Below, piece by piece: positions 9,617 through 17,789 of a stretch of 56,483 nt of DNA (its first letter is position 1; each line of letters starts with the position of its first letter). This DNA comes from Actinomycetota bacterium (GTDB lineage Bacteria; Actinomycetota; Acidimicrobiia; Acidimicrobiales; Acidimicrobilacustridaceae). Where the stretch lies: positions 1 to 56,483 of the forward strand of contig WLGJ01000001.1 of assembly GCA_009703275.1 (NCBI GenBank). Direction: 5' to 3'. The notes under the pieces are model-generated. The model was given only the letters and a program-made list of their open reading frames with translations, did not search any database and was not told the origin of the DNA. Made by a program: the position numbers and the translations under genes.

Positions 9617-12600
9617 ATCAACGAACGATGACCACCCGGTTAAAGACGCTCGCCGGGCCGTTACTCATCGTTGTAATCGCGGTCACCACCATGGCCGCAT
9701 TTCACAGAGGAATTGTTGTTCGCGACGCGAGATTCGAGCACATCGCAGCGCCATGGCAGTTCCTCACGCGGCACCTCCAACTTTGGGATGACACTCGGGG
9801 TTCTGGCGTGCCTCTGCAATACTTTTCCCCAGTAGTCGGACTCATTCAGTCGTTGTTGGCATGGATCGGCGCTCCCGTATGGCTAATCGGCAGGCTCACC
9901 CTTTCGATCTATTTATCCATTGCTGGGATTGGCGCCTGGTATCTCTGGCGGCGGATCTGGCCTGAACGGTCGAACTGGGCGCTTCTTGCGGGCCTGCTTT
10001 ACGCATTCAACCCGTATTCGGTGCAGGCGATCATGCCCTCCGGGCTGTTTCTGCCTGTGGCGCTGCTTCCATGGCTCATCGCATTCGCGTATGAAGGCAT
10101 TCAATGCGCAAGTAGAGGCGAGTTGCGTCGAACACTCAAGTTCTCGGCCGCAAGTGCGCTCGCTGTGTTCTCAGTGGGGATGCTCAACACCGCATCACTC
10201 CTGTTTGTCATCGTCCCTGTCGCTCTGTTTGGAGTCTTCATCGTCCTGGAAGGGAAAGGCACGTGGCGCGGGCTCCTGAAGTTCGGGACTCCAGCCGGGA
10301 TCCTGACTGTGTTGGTGAGTGCTCCGATGCTTGTTGTGCTTGCTCTGTCGAGTCCCATCGTGAGTCGAAACCTCGGTACGACTGAATTGCCGGAGACGGT
10401 TGCCCAAACGTCTTCGTCATTTGAATCGTGGCGAGGGCTGGGGAAATGGCTTACCTACTACGGCTGGGGTGCGCAGACGGAGGCGCCTAGCGCCTCGTTC
10501 TATGTGACTCATCCGGCAGTCATCGTGGCAACGTTTGTCGCGCTGGCACTCGCGATTATTGCGTTGGGTTGGAAACTGACACCGCTTCGACGGACGTGGG
10601 GAATTCTTCTGGTCGGTTCTGTCGTCGTCATGGTTGGCGCTCACAGCCCGCAGCAATCTCCGATCGCAGGCGCTTTTGATTGGATCTTCAACAACGTCGG
10701 TGGATCTGCGGCGTTTCGTACCACCTATAAGGGCGGTCCAATCGCGGTACTCGCAATCGCGTTCCTTGCGACGTGCGGAACGATTGCTGCGCTTGCATGG
10801 ATTCGAACTGCCGTTGAAAGTAGCGAAAAGCGTCGGTTGGTCGTCGCAGGAACGCTCTTCGTTCTCTTTGGCTCGTTCGTACTGAGCGCCTTACCGTTAT
10901 TACAGGGATCGCGTCTCTCCGACCGTCTTTCGCAAGCCGACATACCGGACTACTGGAATGAGGCATTCGATTGGTTCGAATCGGTGCCGGCAACTGACCG
11001 AGTTTTGGTTCTTCCAGCGACCTCGCAAGCGACCTATCAGTGGGGCTCGATCAACGACACCCTCTTCGATGCCTACATGTCTCCAATAGTCCTTACTGCA
11101 TCGACCATTCCATCGACGACTGGTGAGTTGGCCGACGCGACGAATGCGTTTGACCATCTCATTACCAATTTTGAAATTGATCCAACTTCTGTGACACCGA
11201 TTTTGAAGTGGTTGGGGGTTCGTTGGGTCCTCGTTCAGAACGATATTGATCCATTGGCGACTGGCATTCCGATGGATCCGCTCTCAGAACTTCGAACTGC
11301 GCCCGGTCTTTCTCTTGCCGCGCAGTTCGGCCGCGACAGCAATGGATATTCGATGGTCGATGTGTTTCAAGTCGAAAATCCGACGCCTGACGCCAGCTAC
11401 TCAAGTGGTCCGCCGTCCATCGTGAGTGGAGGACCTGATTCTCTCTATGCTCTCAGCGCGAATGGGCTCCTTGATGGTCGTCCAACGACCTTTCTTCCTG
11501 ATCTAAGTGACGCTCAAGCCAGCAGCCTTGTGGATCAGGGAGCTCCCATTTTCGTAACCGATGGATCAAGGCGCGTGGCGTCTGCTGTTGGAAATGGCTC
11601 GCGAATTGGAACCTCGCCGCTACTGACAGTCAATGAGGATTCAACGCGGCCGATCTTGGTGCTGGATCCGACAAACCCGTCGACGCAGACTGTGGCGCAG
11701 TTCGACAACGCGGACAGCATCACCGCAATTCGTGCGGGTTACGGATTCGATTCTTGGAGCTTCGACACGACCGCAGCTGCGGCATTTGACCGAGACCCTC
11801 TGACCTCGTGGTGGGTGAGCGACGCCGTGGGCCCTGTCGAGGGAACTTCAGTTTCTGTGGAACTGAATCAATCAACATTTGTTGATCACGTCGTGGTGAC
11901 CCAAACATCGTTCGATGACGCCCGCATAGAAACTGCTCGAGTCGACATCGTCGGAAGTGATGGTTTCGTCGTTCAGTACCCGCTTGTCTTTGATGGGCTT
12001 GTTGGTCGCGCCGAAATTGGCCGCGCTGCGACAAATGTAAAGGTCCAGATTTCTGAAACGAATGGCGTGCATGGTCGCTTTGGGTTTGAAGAAGTGCAGT
12101 TATTCAGTAGTGACGGTCAACTAGATCTTGTGCAGTGGATTCGAGTGCCAGTCGATGTCGAACGACTCGGTGCTGCCGTACAGCCCTTCTACGCGTTCGC
12201 TCGTTCTGAATCTGAGCCCGATTCATCGTTGCTCCGTCGCGAGTTTGTTGTGCCGACAACGTCCGCCTATCGGTTCACTGGAAACATCGAAGTACCCAAT
12301 TCAGTCGATGAAGGCACCCTGGACGTTTCATGTCGGCAGTGGTTCACGATGGATGGTGCTCCCGTGAACTCTCGAATCGTTTCTTTCGATCCCAAAACGC
12401 GAGATGCGGGCCTCGAGAGTTGCGCCGACGTGACGTTGAGTGCGGGCGCTCATCGCTTAGTGGCGGTTGGAAGTAGTGATGCCCGGTTCATTTCGGTTCG
12501 ACTGAGTCCGGTGGGAGTTGCAATTCCGAGCATCGTCGCCCCCTTGCCTTCGCAGCGGGTTTCGGCTTCCGAGCACACGGTGGTAATCCCTTCGGAAAAG

Positions 12601-12840
12601 GGATGGTTGTCAGTCCTTATTCCTGAACACCCGGGATGGCGACTGACCGCATCGGGTCGATCTGCCGATTTCCTTGAAATGAATGGCGAGATGGGTTGGT
12701 CGATCGACCAAGGTGAAGCAGGCACCGCAACGATTCGCTTCCGCCCGCAACAGATGTACCGGATAGCGATGGTCGTCTCTCTTGTTGCTTTGATCGCTTG
12801 CGTAGTGTTGCTGTTTTGGGGGCGTCGTGAGCGTTCGTGA
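9613..12840 (+). CDS. AftD/DUF3367-like polytopic GT-C glycosyltransferase with extracellular CBM-like domains
   Basis: Multi-TM N-terminus with LLYAFNPY, LLPW, TELPET...SS..ESWRGLGKW, FRT.YK, IPDYW, RVLVLP, WG. Discoidin-like AAFDRDP.T.W segment and C-terminal TM. Confidence 0.78.
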   Translation: MNQRTMTTRLKTLAGPLLIVVIAVTTMAAFHRGIVVRDARFEHIAAPWQFLTRHLQLWDDTRGSGVPLQYFSPVVGLIQSLLAWIGAPVWLIGRLTLSIYLSIAGIGAWYLWRRIWPERSNWALLAGLLYAFNPYSVQAIMPSGLFLPVALLPWLIAFAYEGIQCASRGELRRTLKFSAASALAVFSVGMLNTASLLFVIVPVALFGVFIVLEGKGTWRGLLKFGTPAGILTVLVSAPMLVVLALSSPIVSRNLGTTELPETVAQTSSSFESWRGLGKWLTYYGWGAQTEAPSASFYVTHPAVIVATFVALALAIIALGWKLTPLRRTWGILLVGSVVVMVGAHSPQQSPIAGAFDWIFNNVGGSAAFRTTYKGGPIAVLAIAFLATCGTIAALAWIRTAVESSEKRRLVVAGTLFVLFGSFVLSALPLLQGSRLSDRLSQADIPDYWNEAFDWFESVPATDRVLVLPATSQATYQWGSINDTLFDAYMSPIVLTASTIPSTTGELADATNAFDHLITNFEIDPTSVTPILKWLGVRWVLVQNDIDPLATGIPMDPLSELRTAPGLSLAAQFGRDSNGYSMVDVFQVENPTPDASYSSGPPSIVSGGPDSLYALSANGLLDGRPTTFLPDLSDAQASSLVDQGAPIFVTDGSRRVASAVGNGSRIGTSPLLTVNEDSTRPILVLDPTNPSTQTVAQFDNADSITAIRAGYGFDSWSFDTTAAAAFDRDPLTSWWVSDAVGPVEGTSVSVELNQSTFVDHVVVTQTSFDDARIETARVDIVGSDGFVVQYPLVFDGLVGRAEIGRAATNVKVQISETNGVHGRFGFEEVQLFSSDGQLDLVQWIRVPVDVERLGAAVQPFYAFARSESEPDSSLLRREFVVPTTSAYRFTGNIEVPNSVDEGTLDVSCRQWFTMDGAPVNSRIVSFDPKTRDAGLESCADVTLSAGAHRLVAVGSSDARFISVRLSPVGVAIPSIVAPLPSQRVSASEHTVVIPSEKGWLSVLIPEHPGWRLTASGRSADFLEMNGEMGWSIDQGEAGTATIRFRPQQMYRIAMVVSLVALIACVVLLFWGRRERS

Positions 12841-13138
12841 TGCGGTGAGGACACGTCTTCCCGACCTCGTGGTTGTGATTTCAGGGTTCTTGCTCGCGAA
12901 GTGGTGGGGCCTTGCCTTCGGTCTCGGGTGCGTTCTGGTTGCCCGTTTGGGTAGAAGAGCCCTGACGCTGAATGCCTTATGTGTTCTTGTTGTGATGGTT
13001 CTTGCCGTTCTTCTTGAGGGTCAGTTGAAACTCAACTTCGACTTCTCTTCGAGTCGTCCGATAGCGAATGAACTTGGCCTCTTACTGCTCGTTGCAGTTC
13101 TTGCCCTAGTGATTCCGCGACCGAATCAAGGCAAGTAG
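12827..13138 (+). CDS. Small multi-pass membrane protein
   Basis: Three to four hydrophobic segments. Overlaps the GT-C stop. Confidence 0.6.
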   Translation: MSVRDAVRTRLPDLVVVISGFLLAKWWGLAFGLGCVLVARLGRRALTLNALCVLVVMVLAVLLEGQLKLNFDFSSSRPIANELGLLLLVAVLALVIPRPNQGK

Positions 13139-13147
13139 TTTCGAGGC

Positions 13148-14851
13148 ATGAAGGTCCTCTATATCGGCGGAACAGGTCGAACCGGAAGCACGCTGTTGGA
13201 CCGAATTCTGGGTAGCGCGCCGGGTTGGTTCTCCGGCGGCGAATTGGCGTTCATTTGGCGTCACGGTCTTGTGGCCGGTGGGCTCTGCGCGTGCGGGTCT
13301 GAGCTTGGAGCCTGTGAAGTCTGGGCTCCGGTCCTCGACGTCGTTGGTCGCGATGTTCCGATTGATGCCCAACGAATGGTTGATCTTCGTCGGAATTTCT
13401 GGTCGATCCACTTGCCGTTGATGGCAGTTCCAGGCGAGACAAATCGGCGGCTTGATTCACTCGAAGAGTTTCCTGAAGTTGTTGAGCGCCTCTACAGCGC
13501 TGTCGGCGAGGTCACCGGTTGTCGCGTTTTCGTCGACTCATCGAAGGAACCGCACTACAGCATGATCCTGCGGGAACGCACCGATCTTGATGTCAGATTC
13601 CTCCACCTCGTCCGTGACCCTCGTGCGATTGGACAGAGCTGGTCACGTCGACGTTCCGAGACCGGCCACCGTGATGCTGTCGAGATGGAACGACGTGGTC
13701 CACTCAAAGTGGCGGGCTACTTCAACGTGTCGAATCTCGCTGCCGAACGGTTCTGGCGCGACGAACCGGGACGTTATTTGCGAGTCCGTTACGAGGACTT
13801 TGTCGAGGACCCACAGAAGTGGTTGGCGGTTATCGCAAACTTCATGGAGGAAGATCTCGACCTCACGGGAGTTTTGGACGGGAAGATGTTTACTCCTGGG
13901 CCCACCCATACCGTGTGGGGAAACCCCAATCGCTTCGATTCAGAGCCTCGCCCAATTCGTAGCGACGATGCTTGGACAAAGGAGCAATCGAAACTGACGT
14001 CACTCTTTTTGTCGGTGAGTAATTTCCCGATTTCCTCGCATTACGGCTATCGAGTCATCGGCAAGGAACCGAAGCCTCTTTCTGCAGAGGTGAATGCGCC
14101 TGTTCATTCGCCCTATGACTGGGAAGAGACGTGGGAAGTTGTGAAGGGCTGGCAAGGGTGGATGCGTGAAGCTCAAGGCAAAGCTCTTTGGAACGCTGCC
14201 GAGCGAGTGAAACCCGGCGGACAGATCGTTGAGATAGGCAGCTTTCATGGCAAGTCGGCGGCGGTATTGGCTCGGTCCGCTGCTCCGTCCGTCACTGTTG
14301 TCGCAATTGATCCACATGCCGGAAATGATCGTGGTCCCGGTGAGTGGGACGGCGCAGTTGAAGATGGACAGGCAGACAACTCAGCGTTTCTCGCGAACCT
14401 TGCAAGCGCAGGAGTCGCCGATCGGGTTACTCACGTGCGCGAGTTCAGCAACCTGGCGTCTGAATTGGTCGAAGGGTCAATCGATGTTCTCTATATCGAT
14501 GGCGCACATGGCTACGGACCGGCTTCCGACGACATCACGCGGTGGGGAAGCCGAGTTGTAGCTGGGGGAGAGATGTTCATTCATGACGTCTACAACTCGT
14601 TGTTTGTGACGCTTGCCGTTCTTCGCCATCTCTCGTTCTCACGTCGTTGGCGCTATGTGGGTCGATCACGTTCCCTTGCCATGTACGAACGCGTCGACCT
14701 CGGTCCTTTCGGGAGTTTGCGGAATCTCCTACTTCACTTAGCGTCGTTGCCGTGGTTCGTTCGCAATGCATTCGTGAGGCTCCTGCGAACGGTTGGCCTC
14801 GAGAAGCTTGCTCGTCCGCTCGGTCACGTTCCGGGCGAAGGGATGTATTGA
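13148..14851 (+). CDS. Fused PAPS sulfotransferase + class I SAM methyltransferase (Methyltransf_24-like)
   Basis: N-terminal GGTGRTGSTLL (5'-PSB), LVRDPRA..S (3'-PB), VRYEDF. C-terminal VEIGSFHGKS, AIDPH, LYIDGAH, IHD. Confidence 0.85.
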   Translation: MKVLYIGGTGRTGSTLLDRILGSAPGWFSGGELAFIWRHGLVAGGLCACGSELGACEVWAPVLDVVGRDVPIDAQRMVDLRRNFWSIHLPLMAVPGETNRRLDSLEEFPEVVERLYSAVGEVTGCRVFVDSSKEPHYSMILRERTDLDVRFLHLVRDPRAIGQSWSRRRSETGHRDAVEMERRGPLKVAGYFNVSNLAAERFWRDEPGRYLRVRYEDFVEDPQKWLAVIANFMEEDLDLTGVLDGKMFTPGPTHTVWGNPNRFDSEPRPIRSDDAWTKEQSKLTSLFLSVSNFPISSHYGYRVIGKEPKPLSAEVNAPVHSPYDWEETWEVVKGWQGWMREAQGKALWNAAERVKPGGQIVEIGSFHGKSAAVLARSAAPSVTVVAIDPHAGNDRGPGEWDGAVEDGQADNSAFLANLASAGVADRVTHVREFSNLASELVEGSIDVLYIDGAHGYGPASDDITRWGSRVVAGGEMFIHDVYNSLFVTLAVLRHLSFSRRWRYVGRSRSLAMYERVDLGPFGSLRNLLLHLASLPWFVRNAFVRLLRTVGLEKLARPLGHVPGEGMY

Positions 14852-14853
14852 CG

Positions 14854-15576
14854 ATGGCTTCAGCGTCGACCTCGGCTCCTTCCGCGATTGAGATTCTGCG
14901 ACTCTTCTTCAAGGACAGAGGTCGGAGCATTGAATTTGGCGATGCACTAGCGCAACGTGCTGTCGCTCAGTTGCCTGGTTCGGTTGACGGACTCCGTGTG
15001 CTCGACTTGGGATGTGGTCCTGGCTCGTATTCGGCCGAACTGGAGCGTGCCGGAGCGAAGGTTGTTTCGGTCGAGATCGACCTCAACGAATTGTTGCGAT
15101 CTACGGCGCAATTGCAGAGGCCAATCGTGTCCGATGGAACGTGCTTGGCATTTGCTGACGATTCGTTTGATGCGATTGTGTGTTCAAACGTGCTTGAGCA
15201 CACACCGAGCCCCGAAGGTGTGTTGGCTGAGCTGCAGCGGGTGCTTGTTCCTGGCGGATGGGCGTATGTGAGTTGGACGAATTGGTATTCGCCATGGGGC
15301 GGCCATGCCGTTGCTCCGCTTCACTATCTCGGACCAGAACGAAGCATCCGCGTGTGGCGTCGTCTCTTCGGCGAACCGAAGGGTCGGAACCTCCCGCTTG
15401 TCACAGTGTTCCCGACAACGATCGGAGCAATGCTTCGTTGGGCTCGCGAACGTGACGGCCTTCAGCTCGTAAATGCATACCCGCGCTACTGGCCGTGGGC
15501 TCGCATCATCATGCACGTTCCAGGACTTCGTGAAGTTGCGTCGTGGAACTGTGTTCTTGAATTGCGAAAGAACTAA
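14854..15576 (+). CDS. Class I SAM methyltransferase (Rv0224c-like)
   Basis: VLDLGCGPG, FD..VCSNVLEH, SWTNWYSPWGGH, PRYWP, REVASWN. Start moved to the ATG just after the upstream stop. Confidence 0.88.
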   Translation: MASASTSAPSAIEILRLFFKDRGRSIEFGDALAQRAVAQLPGSVDGLRVLDLGCGPGSYSAELERAGAKVVSVEIDLNELLRSTAQLQRPIVSDGTCLAFADDSFDAIVCSNVLEHTPSPEGVLAELQRVLVPGGWAYVSWTNWYSPWGGHAVAPLHYLGPERSIRVWRRLFGEPKGRNLPLVTVFPTTIGAMLRWARERDGLQLVNAYPRYWPWARIIMHVPGLREVASWNCVLELRKN

Positions 15577-16140
15577 TCAGCCCTCGCCGAGCCAGATTGC
15601 TGCTCGGTCGAGAAGCCAGATGCTCACGTTGTGGCAGGTATCGAGCACATCGCACATTTGCTCTTGACCGAGATAGATGCGATCGAGTCCAACCTCAATG
15701 CGCGAAACGATCGTCAGGCTGCGTTCCGGTGCATCGGTGACGGACGCGAATGAATCGATCGCCGACACCTCAAGCGGAAGTTCGATTCCGCCCATGCCGG
15801 CAAGTTCGGTGGCAAGCACTAACAGGTCGGGTGGGTATCGAAGCGGCGGGAGTGTCCACGTAAATACAAGTGGGAAGGAGAACCCTTCAATCGGGTCGTC
15901 GCCCTCGGGAATCGAGAGCATCTTGTCTTCGAACCCGATCATGATTCTGGGGTCGACCTCGAGCGAAAGATGAAGGTCGAGCGGACCGCCGCAGGCGTCT
16001 TCGGGGTGAAGATCGATTTCCCAGGCTTGGCGCATGGAATAGGTCTCAATGAAGTGCCGCTCGTCATGCACATGGAAGGCATGATCGACGGCGTGGTCCT
16101 TGAGATCAGCAATGAAGCCGGGAACGTCGATGATCGCCAC
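15577..16140 (-). CDS. Conserved hypothetical protein
   Basis: Long ORF with coding-like composition. GTG start 7 nt downstream of a TAGCCT -10. His-rich DHAFHVHDERH segment. Confidence 0.7.
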   Translation of the reverse strand: MAIIDVPGFIADLKDHAVDHAFHVHDERHFIETYSMRQAWEIDLHPEDACGGPLDLHLSLEVDPRIMIGFEDKMLSIPEGDDPIEGFSFPLVFTWTLPPLRYPPDLLVLATELAGMGGIELPLEVSAIDSFASVTDAPERSLTIVSRIEVGLDRIYLGQEQMCDVLDTCHNVSIWLLDRAAIWLGEG

Positions 16141-16164
16141 AGAGGTCAGGCTACCGTCGACCCC

Positions 16165-16917
16165 ATGGACGACAGAATCCTGCTTGAGGTCCTCGATGAA
16201 ACGGCAAGCGCCATTCGTGCTGCGCTTGGGAATCTCGATGACTGGGGTCTGGCCGGAACCCGTGATGGGCAGTACCACAGCGACCTCGCCGCCGACGCTG
16301 CCGCCCTCGCAGTGCTCGAACGAGCCGGAGTCGGCGTTCTGTCAGAAGAGTCCGGCCGTCATCGTCCTGACGCCGAGATCACTGTCGTGCTCGATCCTCT
16401 CGATGGTTCAACGAACGCCAGTCGCGGCATTCCTTGGTACGCAACCAGTTTGTGTGCGGTCGATGCTGACGGAGCGCGCGCATCGCTTGTTATCAACTTG
16501 GCGACGGGCGATCGGTTCGAAGCAGTGCGCGGCGGCGGAGCGACCCGCAATGGCAAAACGATGACGACTTCGGGTGCAACGAAGATGCGCGAGTCACTCG
16601 TCGCGCTTTCTGGTTATCCCGACCACTGGCTCGGTTGGTATCAGTTCCGTTCACTCGGTGCGTGCGCGCTTGATTTGTGCGCTGTCGCGTGCGGTGTTGT
16701 CGATGGCTACATCGATTGTTCGTGGAATGCCCATGGGTCATGGGACTACCTCGGCGGGCTCCTTGTTTGTAAGGAAGCGGGTGCCGTGATCGTTGACGCC
16801 GAGGATCGTGACCTTGTGGTCCTTGAGCACGCCGATCGCCGTACCCCGGTTGCCGCCGCCACACCGGAACTCTTGGTTCAACTTGTCGATGCGCGTCGGA
16901 GCATTAAGCGCCCATAG
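16165..16917 (+). CDS. Inositol monophosphatase family protein
   Basis: SEE, VLDPLDGSTN, RSLGACALDLC.VA.G..D, WDY.GG. Confidence 0.92.
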   Translation: MDDRILLEVLDETASAIRAALGNLDDWGLAGTRDGQYHSDLAADAAALAVLERAGVGVLSEESGRHRPDAEITVVLDPLDGSTNASRGIPWYATSLCAVDADGARASLVINLATGDRFEAVRGGGATRNGKTMTTSGATKMRESLVALSGYPDHWLGWYQFRSLGACALDLCAVACGVVDGYIDCSWNAHGSWDYLGGLLVCKEAGAVIVDAEDRDLVVLEHADRRTPVAAATPELLVQLVDARRSIKRP

Positions 16918-16926
16918 GCTTCGATC

Positions 16927-17457
16927 ATGGATCGATCGCCTGGAGCCCGACTGCATCGCGCAGCATTGCGCGTGTTTCGGTTGTTCCCGCGCTCGGTGCG
17001 ACGCATCACTGTTCGGACCGTGTCGCCTTCGTACACCGTTGGCGCGATTTGTGTCATTGAACGACCCGACGGAGCGATCCTTCTCGTGCGTCAGGCGTAC
17101 CGAAAGAAGTGGGGTATCCCCGGCGGCTTGTTGAAGCGCGGCGAAGCGCCTGAGGTTGGTGCGCGCCGCGAAGTGTTCGAAGAAGTTGGTATTGCCGTCG
17201 AGCTTGTCGGTCCGCCCGCAGTGGTTGTTGACGCTGATCCTCAACGCGTCGATGTCATCTACAGGGCCCGACCTGCAGCGCTATCGGAGATCAGCGAAGT
17301 CCGCCCGGCCTCGCCGGAAATTGTTGAAGTGAAATGGTTCGCTCCCGACGCATTGCCCGAGCTTCAGTTCGAAACTGCTGCAGCAATGGTGGCGCTGGCA
17401 AGGGTGAACGCCACGCACACGGTCGATCCGAGGGATGCGGAAAAACACCTCGACTGA
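16927..17457 (+). CDS. NUDIX hydrolase
   Basis: Nudix box PGGLLKRGEAPEVGARREVFEEVG. Confidence 0.92.
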   Translation: MDRSPGARLHRAALRVFRLFPRSVRRITVRTVSPSYTVGAICVIERPDGAILLVRQAYRKKWGIPGGLLKRGEAPEVGARREVFEEVGIAVELVGPPAVVVDADPQRVDVIYRARPAALSEISEVRPASPEIVEVKWFAPDALPELQFETAAAMVALARVNATHTVDPRDAEKHLD

Positions 17458-17480
17458 CCACGGCTACGCTGGCCTCCTTC

Positions 17481-17554
17481 GGGCGTTTGGCTCAGTTGGC
17501 TAGAGCATCTCCCTTACAAGGAGAGGGTCGGGGGTTCGAGTCCCTCAACGCCCA
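17481..17554 (+). tRNA. tRNA-Val(TAC)
   Basis: Acceptor stem GGGCGTT/AACGCCC, anticodon arm TCTCC-CT-TAC-AA-GGAGA, GGTTCGAG. TACGCT -10 upstream. Confidence 0.96.
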
Positions 17555-17556
17555 CC
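17523..17556 (+). repeat. 34-bp direct repeat, copy 1 (tRNA-Val 3' half; attL-like)
   Basis: GAGGGTCGGGGGTTCGAGTCCCTCAACGCCCACC is identical at 19200-19233. Confidence 0.93.
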
Positions 17557-17570
17557 CGGAAAAACGTAGA

Positions 17571-17597
17571 GAGGGACGGGCATTGCGCCGGTCCCTC
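17571..17597 (+). terminator. Stem-loop downstream of tRNA-Val (putative terminator)
   Basis: GAGGGAC-GGGC-attgc-GCCG-GTCCCTC. No U-tract. Confidence 0.45.
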
Positions 17598-17789
17598 CAG
17601 CGTTGCGATCGACGGAAAGTCGCTCGGTCACAGAACGGCTGCATACGAAAGCGCGTTCAGGCTCCGCGCTTCGGCCCGAACTCCAAAACGTTGCCGCCTT
17701 GTTCCTACCTTTTCCTATAAATTGCCGCGATCCCTATTAGCAGGGTGCTTTATCCGGGCTAAGGGTCTCGGACTTAGAAAGGCTTTTAG

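Noticed and set aside
17600-17789. Riboswitch (for example c-di-GMP-I) in the cassette leader, prompted by CGAC-GGAAA-GTCG and CCGGGCTAAGG
   Set aside because: The GGCAAAC/GCAAA core and correct spacing are absent. A covariance-model search would be needed to support it.
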